Source: Pristiophorus japonicus | Taxonomy: Eukaryota | NCBI RefSeq assembly: GCF_044704955.1 | Contig: NC_091999.1 | Span: 22,196,001-22,260,000, forward strand | Reading direction: 5' to 3' | DNA: 64,000 nt | Shown here: positions 1 to 12,150 of the stretch, one piece after another | Layout: every line of letters begins with the position of its first letter | How positions within the stretch are numbered: position 1 is the stretch's first letter | Notes under the pieces: model-generated | Databases searched by the model: none | What the model was told of the DNA's origin: nothing | Seen by the model: only the letters and a program-made list of their open reading frames with translations | Made by a program: the position numbers and the translations under genes

Positions 1-1460
1 TGTGTTTATGTAATTGTGTGCGTGCTTTTCTCTGTGTGTGTACGTGTATGTGTAAAAGTGTGTGTGTGTGTTTATGTGTAACTGTGTTTGTTGATGTGTA
101 AGTTTGTGCACGTGTGCAGTTGTAAGATTGAGTATGCGTGTGTAAATCTTTGTGTTGTTTTGTGTAAGTGGGCCTGTGTCTATATGGAAGCGTGTGTTTA
201 TCTGTAATTATGAGTGTGCGATTTGGTGTAGTTGGGTGCAGGTAAGTTTATGTATAAGGACGTCCATGTCTAAGGGTTTGTGTATTGATGTTTGTATGTG
301 TATGTTTGTGTGCAAGTGTGTTCACGTGTGTGCTTATGTGTAAGTGTATGTGTATCCTTGTGTATATGTATGTAAGTTCATGTGTGTGTTTGTCAGTAAG
401 TGTAAGTGTGTGATTATGTCTGAGTGTTCGTTTATGTTTAGGTGTAAGCGTGTGCGTGTTTACATGTAACAGTGGGTTTGCAGGTAAGTTTGTGTGTGTT
501 TGTGTGTGTGTGTTTTATGTTAGTGTGTGTGTGGATTGATGTTTGTGTTTATTTGTGTGTGTGTGTGTAAGTGTGTTTTTGTAAGTGAGTGTTTGGATTG
601 ATGTATGTGGAAGTGTGTGTTTGTAAGTGGGTGTTTGGATTGACGTGTGTGGAAATGTTTGTGTGTAAGTGAGTATAAGTGTGCTTTTTGTAAGTGTGTT
701 TGGATTGATTTTTGTGTTTATGTGTGTTTAAGTGTGTGTACGTGTGTTTTGTGTAAGTGCGCATGTGGATTCATGTGTGTGTTTATGTGTGTGTAAATGT
801 GTTTTGTGTAAGTGCGTATAAGTGTTTGCACGTGTGTTTTGTGTAAGTGTGTGTGTGGATTGACGTGTGTGTTTATGTGTGTGTAAGTGTGTGTGTGTGT
901 GTGTTTTGGTAAGTGCGTGTGTGGATTGATGTGTATATTTATGTGTGTGTAAGTGTGTTTTGTGTAAGTGCGTGTGTGGATTGATGTGTATGTTTATGTG
1001 TGTTAAGTGTGTTTTGTGTAAGTGCGTGTGTGGATTGATGTGTGTGTTAATGTGTGTGTAAGTGTGTGTACCTGTGTTTTGTGTAAGTGTGTGTGTGGAT
1101 TGATGTGTGTGTGTATGTGTGTGAAAGTGTGTTTTGTGTAAGTGCGTGTATGGATTAATGTGTCTATTTATGTGTGTGCAAGTGTGATTTTTGTAAGTGT
1201 GTTTGGATTGGTGTGTGTGTGTTTATGTGTGTGTAAGTGTGTTCTGTGTAAGTGTTTGTAAATGTGCTTTGTGTAATTGTGTGTTTGGATTGATGTATGT
1301 GTGTAAGTGTGTGTAAGTGTATTTTGTGTAAGTGTATGTGTGGATTGATGTGTGTAATTATGGGTGTGTAAGTGCGTGTCAGTATGTTTTGTGAAATGTG
1401 TGTGTGGATTGAAGTGTGTCTTTATGTGTGTGTAACTGTGTTTTGTGTAGTGTGTGTTTG
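1..1460. repeat. Complex (TG)-rich microsatellite/minisatellite
   Basis: Continuous tgtgtg/tgtaag/ggattgatg motifs; recurs at ~2013-2680. Explains the Cys/Val and His/Thr-rich ORFs. Confidence 0.95.
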
Positions 1461-3232
1461 GATTATTGTCTATTATTGCTAATGTTCGAAGTTTCAGAGA
1501 GTATCAATAACTGGATTTTACAATGATGGTTTTCATTATATTCTAGTTATGTACAATATTATGTGTCAGAGTGTTAACGTATGTCTTTATATGTAAGTCT
1601 ATGTGTGTTTATGTGTAATTGTGCACTTACACAAAAACACAAACACTTACACAAAATCATCAACACACTTCCATGTGAACACACACAACCTCACTTTCAT
1701 ATTTATTCTCCCCGACTCTGTAAATGTGTTCTGTTTGAGGAATAATGTGACGTCAGCCGAAAGAATGCCACAATTCAACCGATGGGCCTCAGAAACATCA
1801 GGGACACTGTGAGAAACCCGCAGAGGATTCATTCACCAGTTTAGATATGGCCCGTTAGAATTCAACATGTTTGTTTACAATTAACAGGGACAATTTCACC
1901 CCAACACTATTTAAAAATATTGCGTGGAATAAATAGTTATTTCAGAATAGAATACTCATGTGGCAAGTTTAAAATCTTTACACCATGGGTTAGAATCTCA
2001 CATTGTACACAATGTGTTTATGTATGTGTAAATGTGTTTTGTGTAAGTGTGTATAAGTGTTTGTAAGTGTGTGTAAGTGTTTGCATGTGTGTTTTGTGTA
2101 AGTTTGTTTGTGGATTGACGTGTGTGTTTATATGTGTGTGCGTGTGTGGATTGATGTGTATGTTTGTGTGTGTGTAAGTGTGTTTTGTGTAAGTGTGTGT
2201 GTGGATTGATGTGTGTATTTATGTGTGTGTAAGTGTGTTTTGTGTAAGTGCGTGTGTGGATTGATGTGTGTGTTTATGTGTGTGAAAGTGTCTTTTTTGT
2301 AAGTGCGTGTATGGATTGATGTGTGTATTTATGTGTGTGTAAGTATATGCAAGTGTGGTTTTTGTAAGTGTGTGTATGGATTGGTGTGTGTGTGTTTATG
2401 TGTGTGTAAGTGTGTTTGGTGTAAGTGTGTGTGTGGGTTGATGTGTGTGTTTATGTGTGTGAAAGTATGTTTTATGTAAGTGCGTGTATGGATTGATGTG
2501 TGTATTTATGTGTGTGCAAGTGTGCATTTTGTAAGTATGTGTTTGGATTGGTGTGTGTGTTTATGTGTGTGTAAGTGTGTTTTGTGTAAGTGTGCTTTGT
2601 GTAAGTGTGTGTGTGGATTGACGTGTGTTTTGATGTGTGTAAGTGTGTGTAACTGTGTTTTGTGTAGTGTGTGTTTGGATTGAGATCTATTATTGCTACT
2701 GTTCGAAGTTTCAGAGAGTATCAATAACTGGATTTTACAAAGATGGTTTTCATTATATTCTAGTTATGTATAATATTATGTGTCAGAGTGTTAATGTATG
2801 TCTTTATATGTAAGTCTATGTGTGTTTATGTGTAATTGTGCACTTACACAAAAACACACACACTTACACAAAATCATCAACATACTTCCATGTGAACACA
2901 CACAAACTCACTTTCACATTTATTCTCCCCGGCTCTGTGTAAATGTGTTCTGTTTGAGGAATAATATGACGTCAGCTGAAAGAATGCAACGATTCAACTG
3001 ATGGGCCTCAGAAACATCAGGGACACAACTGTGAGAAACCCGCAGCGGATTCAATCACCAATTTAGATATGGTCCATTAGAATTCAACATGTTTGTTTAC
3101 AATTAACAGGGACTGCTGCACCCCCAACCCTATTTAAAAAATATTACGTGGAATAAATAGTTATTTCAGAATATAATACTCATGTGGCAAGTTTAAAATC
3201 TTTAGACCATGGGTTAGAATCTCACATTGTAC
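778..3232. repeat. Tandem duplication of a ~1.23-kb unit (~778-2008 / ~2013-3232)
   Basis: Unique segment 1470-2008 is repeated near-identically at 2688-3232, each preceded by a TG array. Confidence 0.9.
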
Positions 3233-3293
3233 TGATGCCAACTTAGTCCATATAAAATAGGGTGGTTCACTTCCCATGTCCCTGCAGGGGGCG

Positions 3294-3675
3294 CAGTGGT
3301 GATTACATGAATTACACATTGCCCTTTCCCCTCTCGCTGGTGGATGTGAGAGGTCCAGTAAGCTAATAATTACCCTTTACTCTCTCTCTGCTGGGGGAGT
3401 GGGGAGCGACAGTAGATTACCAATTACCCATCACAATCTCTGCTGGGGGAGTGCCTGATACAGTGGGTTAACTATTGCCCATTTCCCTATCTCTGGTGGA
3501 GGAGGGAATGTACAGTGGGTTAACAATTGCTGTTCTTCTCACTCGCTGTTGGGGGAATGGTATTAAAGTGGGCCAACAATTACCCTTCCCCCCCTCTCTC
3601 TAGTTAGGGAAGTGGGACTAAAGTTGGTTAACAATTACCCTTTCCCCTCTCTCTGGTGGGGAGTGGAGGTACAGT
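3294..3675. repeat. Degenerate ~52-54-bp tandem repeat, ~7 units
   Basis: Unit approx. cagtgggttaacaattaccctttcccctctctctggtggggagtggaggta. Confidence 0.8.
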
Positions 3676-4030
3676 TCGTGTTCGTGTGTGGCACTCAGTT
3701 CAGTTCCCCGTTGTTGCAATATGAAACTGACTTCAATTATAAATTTGCGATAGACAACCCGAGAAACAGGGACACCGAGATATAAATGTGCTGCCTTTAT
3801 TTAACGGAAATAGGAAAGGTAGTAAGTTTGTGAAGTTACTTTCATGAATCCTGTAAAGATAGAGCTTCACGCTGTCTCTAGCCCATGGTGTATCTGCACT
3901 GGGAGCTCTGGCTGTACAAGCCTTGGACCAGAGACCAGCAAACACCCTACTTCGCCCTCACATTGGCCAAAATAGGAAACACAATTAATTGAGCGGCAGT
4001 GTGTTTAGCTCACTGTTGGAAGGAGAACAC

Positions 4031-4036
4031 TTTATT
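4031..4036 (-). terminator. Secretory poly(A) signal AATAAA
   Basis: tttatt on the plus strand, ~40 nt after the stop codon. Confidence 0.85.
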
Positions 4037-4074
4037 GGTTTCTATTTAAGAACTGAAATGCAATCGAGAGATTG

Positions 4075-4466
4075 TCATTGACAAGAATTGACGGTGTCCA
4101 TCAGAACAAGGGAAATGTTCACAAAACTGGGTTTACCGCTGGATTTATTGACGATTCTGTTGGTGATCTTCAAGGGGATCGCTTCATGTCCCACCACACA
4201 GGAGTAAGAAGCGCCGCTGGCCCACTCCTCGGCTGCAATGGATAGCAGGCTGTACATGAAGAAGGAGCTGCTGCAGTTCTCCGCCATCACCTCGGTGTTC
4301 TTGTAGTTGCCGGAATCCACCGGCTTGTCATTGACGGTCCATTTGACGAAAATCTCTCGGGGGGTGAAACCTCTCACTAAGCAGGTGAGGCTGACCAACC
4401 TCTGAGCGGAGACATCTTCTACCGAGGGCAGGAGGACAGACACGGCCGGTTCCCGCCGATCTTTCG
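4075..4466 (-). CDS. IGHM: IgM heavy chain Cmu4 exon plus secretory tailpiece
   Basis: tctacag|(A)[13 protein letters not shown]...LTCLVRGF...YSCVVGHEA...[22 protein letters not shown]; tailpiece with NIS sequon and penultimate Cys. Confidence 0.97.
4131..4137 (-). promoter_or_regulatory. Internal splice donor in Cmu4 for the membrane (TM) isoform
   Basis: AGC G|GT AAA (Ser-Gly-Lys) at the Cmu4/tailpiece boundary, the conserved position of the mu-membrane donor. Confidence 0.8.
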
Positions 4467-5380
4467 CTGTAGAACAGTTAGAATAAAGGCCAATGAACTG
4501 GACAGTTCCAGAGACAATGGGGGTGAACTTTAACCTAATGCAGCGGGCGGGTTGTGGTCGTGGAGGTGGTTAAATTGGTAAAAATCGGAATCCCGACCGC
4601 AACGCGCCCACTCCAGGTTGTAATATTATATTTGAGTAAAATATTTAAATGAGACTGGAATCTTCTATTTTAACCACCATTTGGTGTTTAACCGTCGCTG
4701 GTCCGGTTTGACACACTGTGTAAATCCCTGCAGTTACAGCGAGGCGGGGACTGCTGCACCCAGGTGGTAATTGCCCTTACACCTACCTCCTGGATCCAGG
4801 GTCCCTGCCTAACCCACCCCCCGCGATCCGAGACCTCCTCACTCGGCTTCTAATCCTCCCGTTCTCCCGGGTGGCCTGTGAGACCACCGCCCACAACTCG
4901 GCTTCCTTATTTAATTTTAGCCAATTTCAGGTGGTTAGATGTGAGAGAAATGGATACTGCGTTGAATTTTAACGCTTTTCCTTTTCCCCTCTGGGGCCTT
5001 TCTGGATTTCCATCCCGCAGCAGAGGGAACACAATCTTTCTCTCTGAAATCTTGAAGGGTTGGTCTGGAAAATTACATAGAATTTACTGCACAGAATGAG
5101 GATATTTGGCCAACTGGTCTATGCCGGTGTGTATGTTCCACACAAGCCACCTCCTAGCTCACTTAATTTAATCCTAATAACATACCCTTCTATTCCTTTC
5201 TCACACATGGACTTATCCACTTTCCCCTAAAATACATAATGTCAGGTCACAGAGTGCAGAGTTCGTGGAATTACCAAACTGAATGATCAAAGTAGCCCAT
5301 TAAACATTTTATATAATGATTGGCTCTTGCACATGCCTTAGTCACAGTATCTCACTTATTGCAACAATCTCCCCGCTCAC

Positions 5381-5689
5381 CCTTTTCCTTGTGGATGGAA
5401 TCTCTGATCGGAGTCGGCATATCCTGATGGCTCACCACGCAGTAGAACTTATCCCCACTCAGCCAGTCTTGTGTCGAGATGTTTAAGTTGCTGATCACAC
5501 TGTTGGGATTCTCTCCCGGTTGGACGGCAATCTCTGATTTCAAAGCCTCCTTTTCTCGGGTCCAGGACACGGTGAGCCCATAAGGAGCATCAGACACGAC
5601 GCAGGTTAAGGTCACCGTCGCCTCCAGTAAGACCTGTTCCAGTGACGGTGGGCGAAGAGTGATTTTTGAATCACTGCATGGGACATCCA
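5381..5689 (-). CDS. IGHM: IgM heavy chain Cmu3 exon
   Basis: tttcgcag|(M)[31 protein letters not shown]...[13 protein letters not shown]...KEK G|GTGAGC; 309 nt, phase 1/1. Confidence 0.96.
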
Positions 5690-6392
5690 CTGCGAAACAG
5701 GAATGAAAGTCAGGAAAAGCTGCAGCTTCAGAATCAAGACACCAATATTTAGCCTTAACTCTTTCAAGGGGAATATATCACATTTGAGGTATCAAGCTCC
5801 CGCTGTTGCTTTAACACCGTTATTGGAAGGACAATAAATTGGCAACGATTCCAGGAGATCTGTAACATTTCCTGTGTATTTGCAGCCAGAGACACCTGTA
5901 ACGGGCTGTGAAGCAAATACCCGGAGTAAAATGGGAATACATTGGGGCGCAATTGTGTTAGGCATTGAATAGCGCTCTTCCTGAAATCCCTTGCTCCTTT
6001 ACACCCGTCTATAGATCCTTGCACCCAAATTCATCTCTGCTGGTTATAATAGCTGAAGCCCGAATAGCCCGAGGTTCAAGAGTTCTGCACCAGCATTATA
6101 CTGGTTCAAAACCAGTGTCAAATTAATTTCAGGATTTATGGGACAACAGGAAACAACGTTAAGTTTCTGGTCTCTTGCTGCGTTTTTTGTTGCGGTGAAA
6201 ATGTGCAGGAACCAGTCACAGCCCCCGTCTGAGGAGAAGTGCAAGGTCGGGAGAATGGAGTTCCAAGGAATCTTTATGGTGGGGCATCATTTGTAATGGT
6301 GTGAGGTATTTTTTTTAGTTTCTGTAAGTACTGAATATTTATCATGACTGGTGAGAGAAAGTCAGAGTGAAATATGACCTCAGCGCATTAAT

Positions 6393-6900
6393 AGCAACAT
6401 AGGAACAGCAGGTGGCCATTCAGCCTATCCATCCTATCCCGCCATCCAGTTAGATCATGGCTGATCAACACTCAACACCATCTTCCCGCCTTGATAACTT
6501 GCCTGACAAAAATCTATCAATCACAATTTTCAACTTTTCAATTGAAAGCAAGCATCAGCAGCTTTTTGGGAGGGAAATCCCGACTTGCACTATTCTTTCT
6601 GTGAGAAAATCCTTTGTAACATCACCTCTGCAAGGCCTAACTCTAATGTTAAGGTTCTGCTACTTGTTCTGGACTCTCCCATCAAACTAAATAAATGTTT
6701 CTATATCTACTCGATCAATTCCATTGATCAACTTAAACACCTCAATTGGATCATCTCTTAACGTTCTATACTCGTCTCCAGATCATTTTACATTATAAGC
6801 CCGGTTTAATTCGGGTAAACGTGCAGTTTAGCGCCTCCACGTATATCCTTCCTGAGGCGCGGAGCCCAGAACTGGGCTCAGTGCTCTGAATAGGGTAGAT
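6393..6900 (-). mobile_element. CR1 LINE 3' fragment
   Basis: Reverse complement of the CR1 3' UTR/RT tail (aacatagg...ggccattcagcc; cccagaactg). Confidence 0.75.
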
Positions 6901-7099
6901 GCTCATTCTAGCAGGGTTCCTGGACAGTTGGCAGGAAAGGGTTCCAGACTCCTACTGCCACTCCGTATATGATCAGCCAACTCAGGATAAACCTGTGACT
7001 AAGGACACTTCACTCACTGCCTGACATCAGAGCTAGGGGAAAACTTCTTTGGCGAGGTTAATAAAGCCTGAGCAATGAGGAATTCTGAACCAGAAGATA

Positions 7100-7505
7100 G
7101 TGGATTAAATTCACACTCCAGATACTTGATCACAAAATGTAAGCTGTGTCTCCCAGTGCAGTACTGGGAGCATGGCGCACTATCGGAGGTGCCGTCAGTT
7201 GGATCAGGTGTTAAACCGTGGATCCATCTGGCCTCTCAGGTGGAGGTAAAAGATACCTTGGCATTATTTCAATGAAAAGCAGAGGAGTTCTCCCTGGTAG
7301 CCTGGGAATATTTATCCCTCAAGAAATATCACTCAACAAAAAAAAAAGGTCATTATCACACTGTTCTTTTTGGGAGCTTGCTGTGCACTAAATGACTACC
7401 GAACTTTGTACATTACAACTGTGACAACATTTCACAACTTAATTCATTGGCAGGCAAGCGCTTTGGTTCAGTCTTTGGTCGCTGAAGGCGCTGTATAAAG
7501 GCAAG
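7100..7505 (+). mobile_element. Deu-domain SINE (SacSINE1/AmnSINE1-like)
   Basis: ggaggtgccgtc...gttaaaccg...aaagatacc ttggca...cctgggaatatt and 3' aagcgctttgg...aggcgctgtataaa; minus-strand copies at ~25220-25650, ~41085-41525 and ~51815-52265. Confidence 0.7.
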
Positions 7506-7640
7506 TTTGTATCGCAAGAATACACAGACTGCATGATTGGAAATTAGGAACAGTCCTCTGATTTTTACTAATTCCAATGAAACACCTGACTAGGTCAGCG
7601 CTCAGAATGGTCTGGAACCTCCCGGGATTGTATCTCTTAC

Positions 7641-7958
7641 TCTGAGATCTGCTGAAGTTACGGCTTTGCGTGACCCCTTCATGAGTGACTTGGCAGGTGT
7701 AGACCGAGCCGGTGAACCATTCCTCGGCAGGGACTGTCAGCCGACTGGCCGTCGAGAAGTTCCCGTTCACCTCAAAGACGGGAGAGGTGACGAAGCCCGA
7801 ATCCATGAGTTGTCCACTCTTCAGCCAATTCACGGTCAGTGACTTTGGCCGGAAATCGATGATTGAACACACGGCGCTTGCATATCTGCTGGTGGTGATT
7901 TGTTCAGTGGAACTCAGCGTGAGGAGAACAGTTGGAGGACCGATGTCCGGTTCAGGAT
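7641..7958 (-). CDS. IGHM: IgM heavy chain Cmu2 exon
   Basis: tttgaag|(D)[13 protein letters not shown]...AVCSIIDF...VNWLK...YTCQVTHEG...SQ A|GTAAGA; 318 nt, phase 1/1. Confidence 0.95.
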
Positions 7959-8084
7959 CTTCAAAAAAAAAACATATTACTGACATTGCTTGTAAAACAA
8001 ATGATTAAGAAATGCAAAGTGTCCTTATATTTTAACAGGTTCTTTGCTATCAGACTAACACTAACCAGGCATTTACAGAGAGCA

Positions 8085-8535
8085 GAACTGTGTACAGTAT
8101 TCTCAGTGTAATATGCAGACCAGAACTGTGCATAATATTCTAAGTGCGATATGGGGTCCAGAACCATGCACAGTATTCTAAGCATGATATGGAGACCACA
8201 ACTTTACACCGTATTCTAAGTATGAGATCGAAACCAGAACTTTAAAGAATATTCTAACTGTGATATGGAGACGGGAACTGTGCATTATATTCTTAGTATG
8301 ATATAGAGACCAGAAATTTAGACACTATTCTAAGTATGAGATGGAAACCAGAATTGTGAACAATATTCTAAATGTGATAAGGAGACTAGAACTGTGCTCA
8401 GTATTCTAAGTATTATGTGGAAATCATAACTGTACACAATACTCTAAGTGTGATTTGGAGACGAGAACTGTACACAGTATTCTAAGTATGATAGGGAGAG
8501 CAGAACTGTACACAGTACTCTAAGTGTTGTCTTAC
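8085..8535. repeat. 38-bp minisatellite, ~12 copies, in the Cmu1-Cmu2 intron
   Basis: Unit approx. gaactgtacacagtattctaagtatgatatggagacca. Confidence 0.92.
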
Positions 8536-8605
8536 CAAATTGCTATTCAAGTTCAGCATAATTTGTCATCTTATCATTGTTTGCCCTGTAACCCACATCA
8601 CTAAC

Positions 8606-8905
8606 CTGGCATTGTGATAGCCCAGACCGACACACCACGTCGAACCTCGCAGAAGATTGTGCTGCTCCCCACATCTGACTTGGTGATGGTTAACTGGCTG
8701 CTCTGGGTGTAGATTCCTTTCTTTTTGAGCACTGACGGGTAGGTCTTCAATGCAGTGGTGATGGGATCTTTATCTTTCTTCCAGGAAAGGCTGGTGATGT
8801 CGGGGGAGTAGTCCATCGCCAAACAGCCGTACGTGATGGAGCCATCGGTGCTGGGTTGTTCACAGGAGGAGAGCAGGGCGTAGAGATTGGGGGGAAACGG
8901 TGTTA
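8606..8905 (-). CDS. IGHM: IgM heavy chain Cmu1 exon
   Basis: tttctcag| ...[34 protein letters not shown]...WKKDK...IFCEVRRG...MP G|GTTAGT; 300 nt, phase 1/1; closely resembles horn shark-type Cmu1 as I recall it. Confidence 0.96.
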
Positions 8906-9659
8906 CTGAGAAAGAATGGCCCATTGAACAAGTTAGACTCTGTAATCCATGCTTATAAAAGAAAGAAACAACTCGAAATTTGACTGCAGAATAAACTAAT
9001 TCCACCATTTTCCCATCAAAGACTACACGGGCATTTGAGTTTCTGTCAGTTCCTTCATAAGCACCTGTCGATGCCCTGGTCAGGAACATACCTTTCTCTC
9101 CCCGAGCTCTATCACATTACAGACCAAGAACCTTTACACAACTCGCCAATAAAGAATCCTTCATTGGTTCATACAATAGAAGAACAGAGGCATGTTCCTG
9201 CTTTTTCGGCCTGCATTTATTTCTCAATCAGCACCATTTATGGTCCTTTATTTAATTGCAGTTTGGGGAAGTTCGCTCTGTGCACATTGCCTGCAGTGTA
9301 TCCCAACAAAACAACAATGACTGCACTTCAAAGTAACAGCGGATTTCCTGCTTCGGACGTTAGCAAAAAACCCTCTAAATTTGCCTACCACATAATTCAA
9401 CAGATAGCATTGCCATAGTCTAGTTTCTAAGATTCAAGCTGGAGGTGAATCGCGATTGAGTCGAATTTCTCCCTTATTTCCTCAGCATTTTAGGAAGAGC
9501 GATGTCACTCAGTGCACTGTGATCTGGGCTCTATCCCATCCTATTGAATGCATGTCTCTTGAGTTTCCTCCTCCATCCCATTCAATTAATAATTCGAATA
9601 AAATACCTTTCCAAAATCCGGTTAATTGGAAGTTTCTCCTTAAATGGCCCATTTCAGTT

Positions 9660-10585
9660 CCCATTGCTGTTCTTGTTATATAACAATGACCTGGACTTGG
9701 TTATAGGGAATACAGTTTCGAAGTTTGAAGATGAGGCAAAACCTGGCAACGTAGCCTATAGTGAAGCATGAAAGCAGCAGACTCCATGAGGAGACAGATG
9801 GACCAGTGAAATGGGCCGGGACATGGCAATTGCAATTTAATGCGAATCATTGAGAAGCGATGCACATTAGATGGAAGATGGAGAGGCAGTATAATCTAAA
9901 TAGTATTGTTTTGAGGGGATGCACGAACAGAGAGACGTAGATGTACATATTCACAAATCTTTGAAGGGGGCAGGGCAAACTGATAAGACAGTTATGAAAG
10001 ATTATGGGATACTTGACTTTCTAAATGGGGAATTGACTACAAAAACAAGGCGGTTATGCTAAACATACAGATCACATGTTAGGCCTCAGCTGGAGTATTG
10101 TGCACAATTCTGGAACAACAATGTAGGAAGGATGTCAAGCCCTTGGGGAGTGTAGAGGGGAGGCTTTTACCAGGATTATGCCAGGGATGCGGACTTCAGT
10201 TATGTGGGGAGATTGGAGAAGCAGGGATGTTCTCCTTAGAACAGAGGTTAAGAAGAAACGTAAGAGAGATATTCAACATTATGATAGTTTTTGATAGAGC
10301 AAGTGGGGAGAAACTGCTTCCGCTGGAAAGTAGGTGGGTAACCAAAGGTCACAGATATAAATAATTGGCAAAAGATCAAAAGGGAAAATTGGGGCAATTG
10401 TTTCACACAGAGGGTTGGTAATTTCAGGAATGCTCCAAGCAGATCCTCCTGTATGTCAGGAGGACACATGTGCCCGTTTACAAGGAAAACCCTGGGGAGT
10501 TGGATTAAATTGGACAGCTCTTTCAGAGCCGGCACAGGCACGATGCTTGAATGGCCTTTACAGAGCTGTGAGATGCTATCATTCT
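9660..10585 (+). mobile_element. Degenerate CR1 RT fragment in the J-Cmu1 intron
   Basis: SKFEDEAK (FADD-like) and ctggagtattgtgcacaattctgg (LEYCxQFW) motifs. Confidence 0.8.
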
Positions 10586-11289
10586 ACACGAGTCAGTGTG
10601 AATAATGCTTCTAGATTTAATGGAAGGAAACGCTTCATATTTTGGACACCTCTACCAGATCTATTTTTATTGTTCGTTATAATGAAAGAGGATATTTAAA
10701 ATAAAGGGATCTTATAAATCTGACGCAAATTAGTCAATCGCATGCTGTTATAAAGGCTTAAAGTTCATTGCGAATGATTACTTATTGCAGGTTGACTCTA
10801 TCTCTTTAAATGTTTCACAGAATTGCAGCTCAGTGACTGTGCACCTTGTGTTGTGACCCAGACCAATAGCTGCATCTCTCATTGTTTGTCCCTACATTTA
10901 ACCTGCTCAAGATGAATTGAACAACATAATGTTTCTAAACACGAGGTCCTCATGACGGTTATTTGAAGCGGGAGTCTCGATATCCTCCATTTAAATTGTG
11001 AAAATAACTTACAGCCTCCCAACAGATCAGAACAGCCGCTGCTTTCTGCAGCGTTATTCACTTCCTGAAACGGTTTGTTCTGAAAGTGAGCTGAGGGTCA
11101 GGCCAATCGTGTTCAATAGTAATCTGATGCTCAGAATGTACAAACATGAATAACTCATTAACAATTTGGCATTTTTTAAGAAAGAATATAAACATCAATG
11201 AATTTGCGTTGTTTAATCTGGGCAATCGGACGATTTATTGTTTATATCTGGCACGAGTAGTTTATCTGCTATCTGTTAGACGCAGATAA

Positions 11290-12150
11290 CGGTGCCTTGA
11301 ACACTGCCTGACCAAGCACTCTCAGGTCAGATACAGCACGGATACAAGAGCAAAGCTCCCGCTATGCTGTCGTGTGGGTCAGGCCAGGTATAGCAAGGGT
11401 TACACACAGAGTAATATGTTATCTGTACTATCCCGTCAAACATTCCCAGCTCAAGTACTGCAGAGATGTGCTACGAAATGTCTCCCCATAAAATGCATTA
11501 TCAAATTGACCGATTAGACTCAGCACAATTATCACACGTACAAAGAAAAGCTTCCCATACACTGCCCCTTTAAAGCACACCAGCTCACCTATAGCTCTGA
11601 TTAAATATAAGATCAATCTATATTGAAGGAGCCAATTAAGCTCCACGTCCTTGTAAATAAAAGGTTAAATGTTGATTAAAGCTATCTCTGCAATGTCCCA
11701 TCAAGCAATGCCAGATAAGGTAAAGTACTGGTTAGTTGCAGAGTAAAGCTCCTTCATCACTGTCATATCAAACAGTCACAGTGTAGGTACGGCACGAGTT
11801 AGATAAAAAGTAGATTTCCCTCCACACTGCCAATTAAACACATTCAGGACAGGTCCAGTAAGGCTTGGATAAAAAATAAAGCTTCCTCTACAATGTCCCA
11901 TCAAACACTCCCAATACAGGTACAGAATAAAGCTCCCTCTAGAATGTCCCATTAAACATTCCCAGGGCAGGTACAGCATGGGTCAGCACAGAGTAACACT
12001 CCCTCTACACTGTCCCATCAAACACTCCCAGGGCACGTACAGCATGGGCTAGATACAGAGTAAAGCTCCTTCTGCACTGTCCCATCAAACACTTCCAGGG
12101 CAGGTACAACTGGGTTAGAAACTGATTAAAGCTTCTTCTACTGTCCCCCC
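11290..12150 (+). repeat. ~67-bp tandem repeat family (cagagtaaagctccctctacactgtcccatcaaacactcccagggcaggtacagc...)
   Basis: Period 67 at 11989/12056; same family at ~23950-24380, ~40200-40420 and ~50640-50990. Confidence 0.85.

Noticed and set aside
152-3001. Cys/Val- and His/Thr-rich ORFs
   Set aside because: Translations of TG microsatellite.
8085-8535. Regular 38-bp array (and the 27- and 67-bp arrays) as CRISPR-like
   Set aside because: Head-to-tail units without unique spacers, vertebrate context, no cas genes.
4075-8905. IgW or IgNAR identity for the constant exons
   Set aside because: Four C domains with a mu-type tailpiece, Cmu1 with the light-chain Cys, and a conventional VH with full FR2/CDR2 fit IgM.
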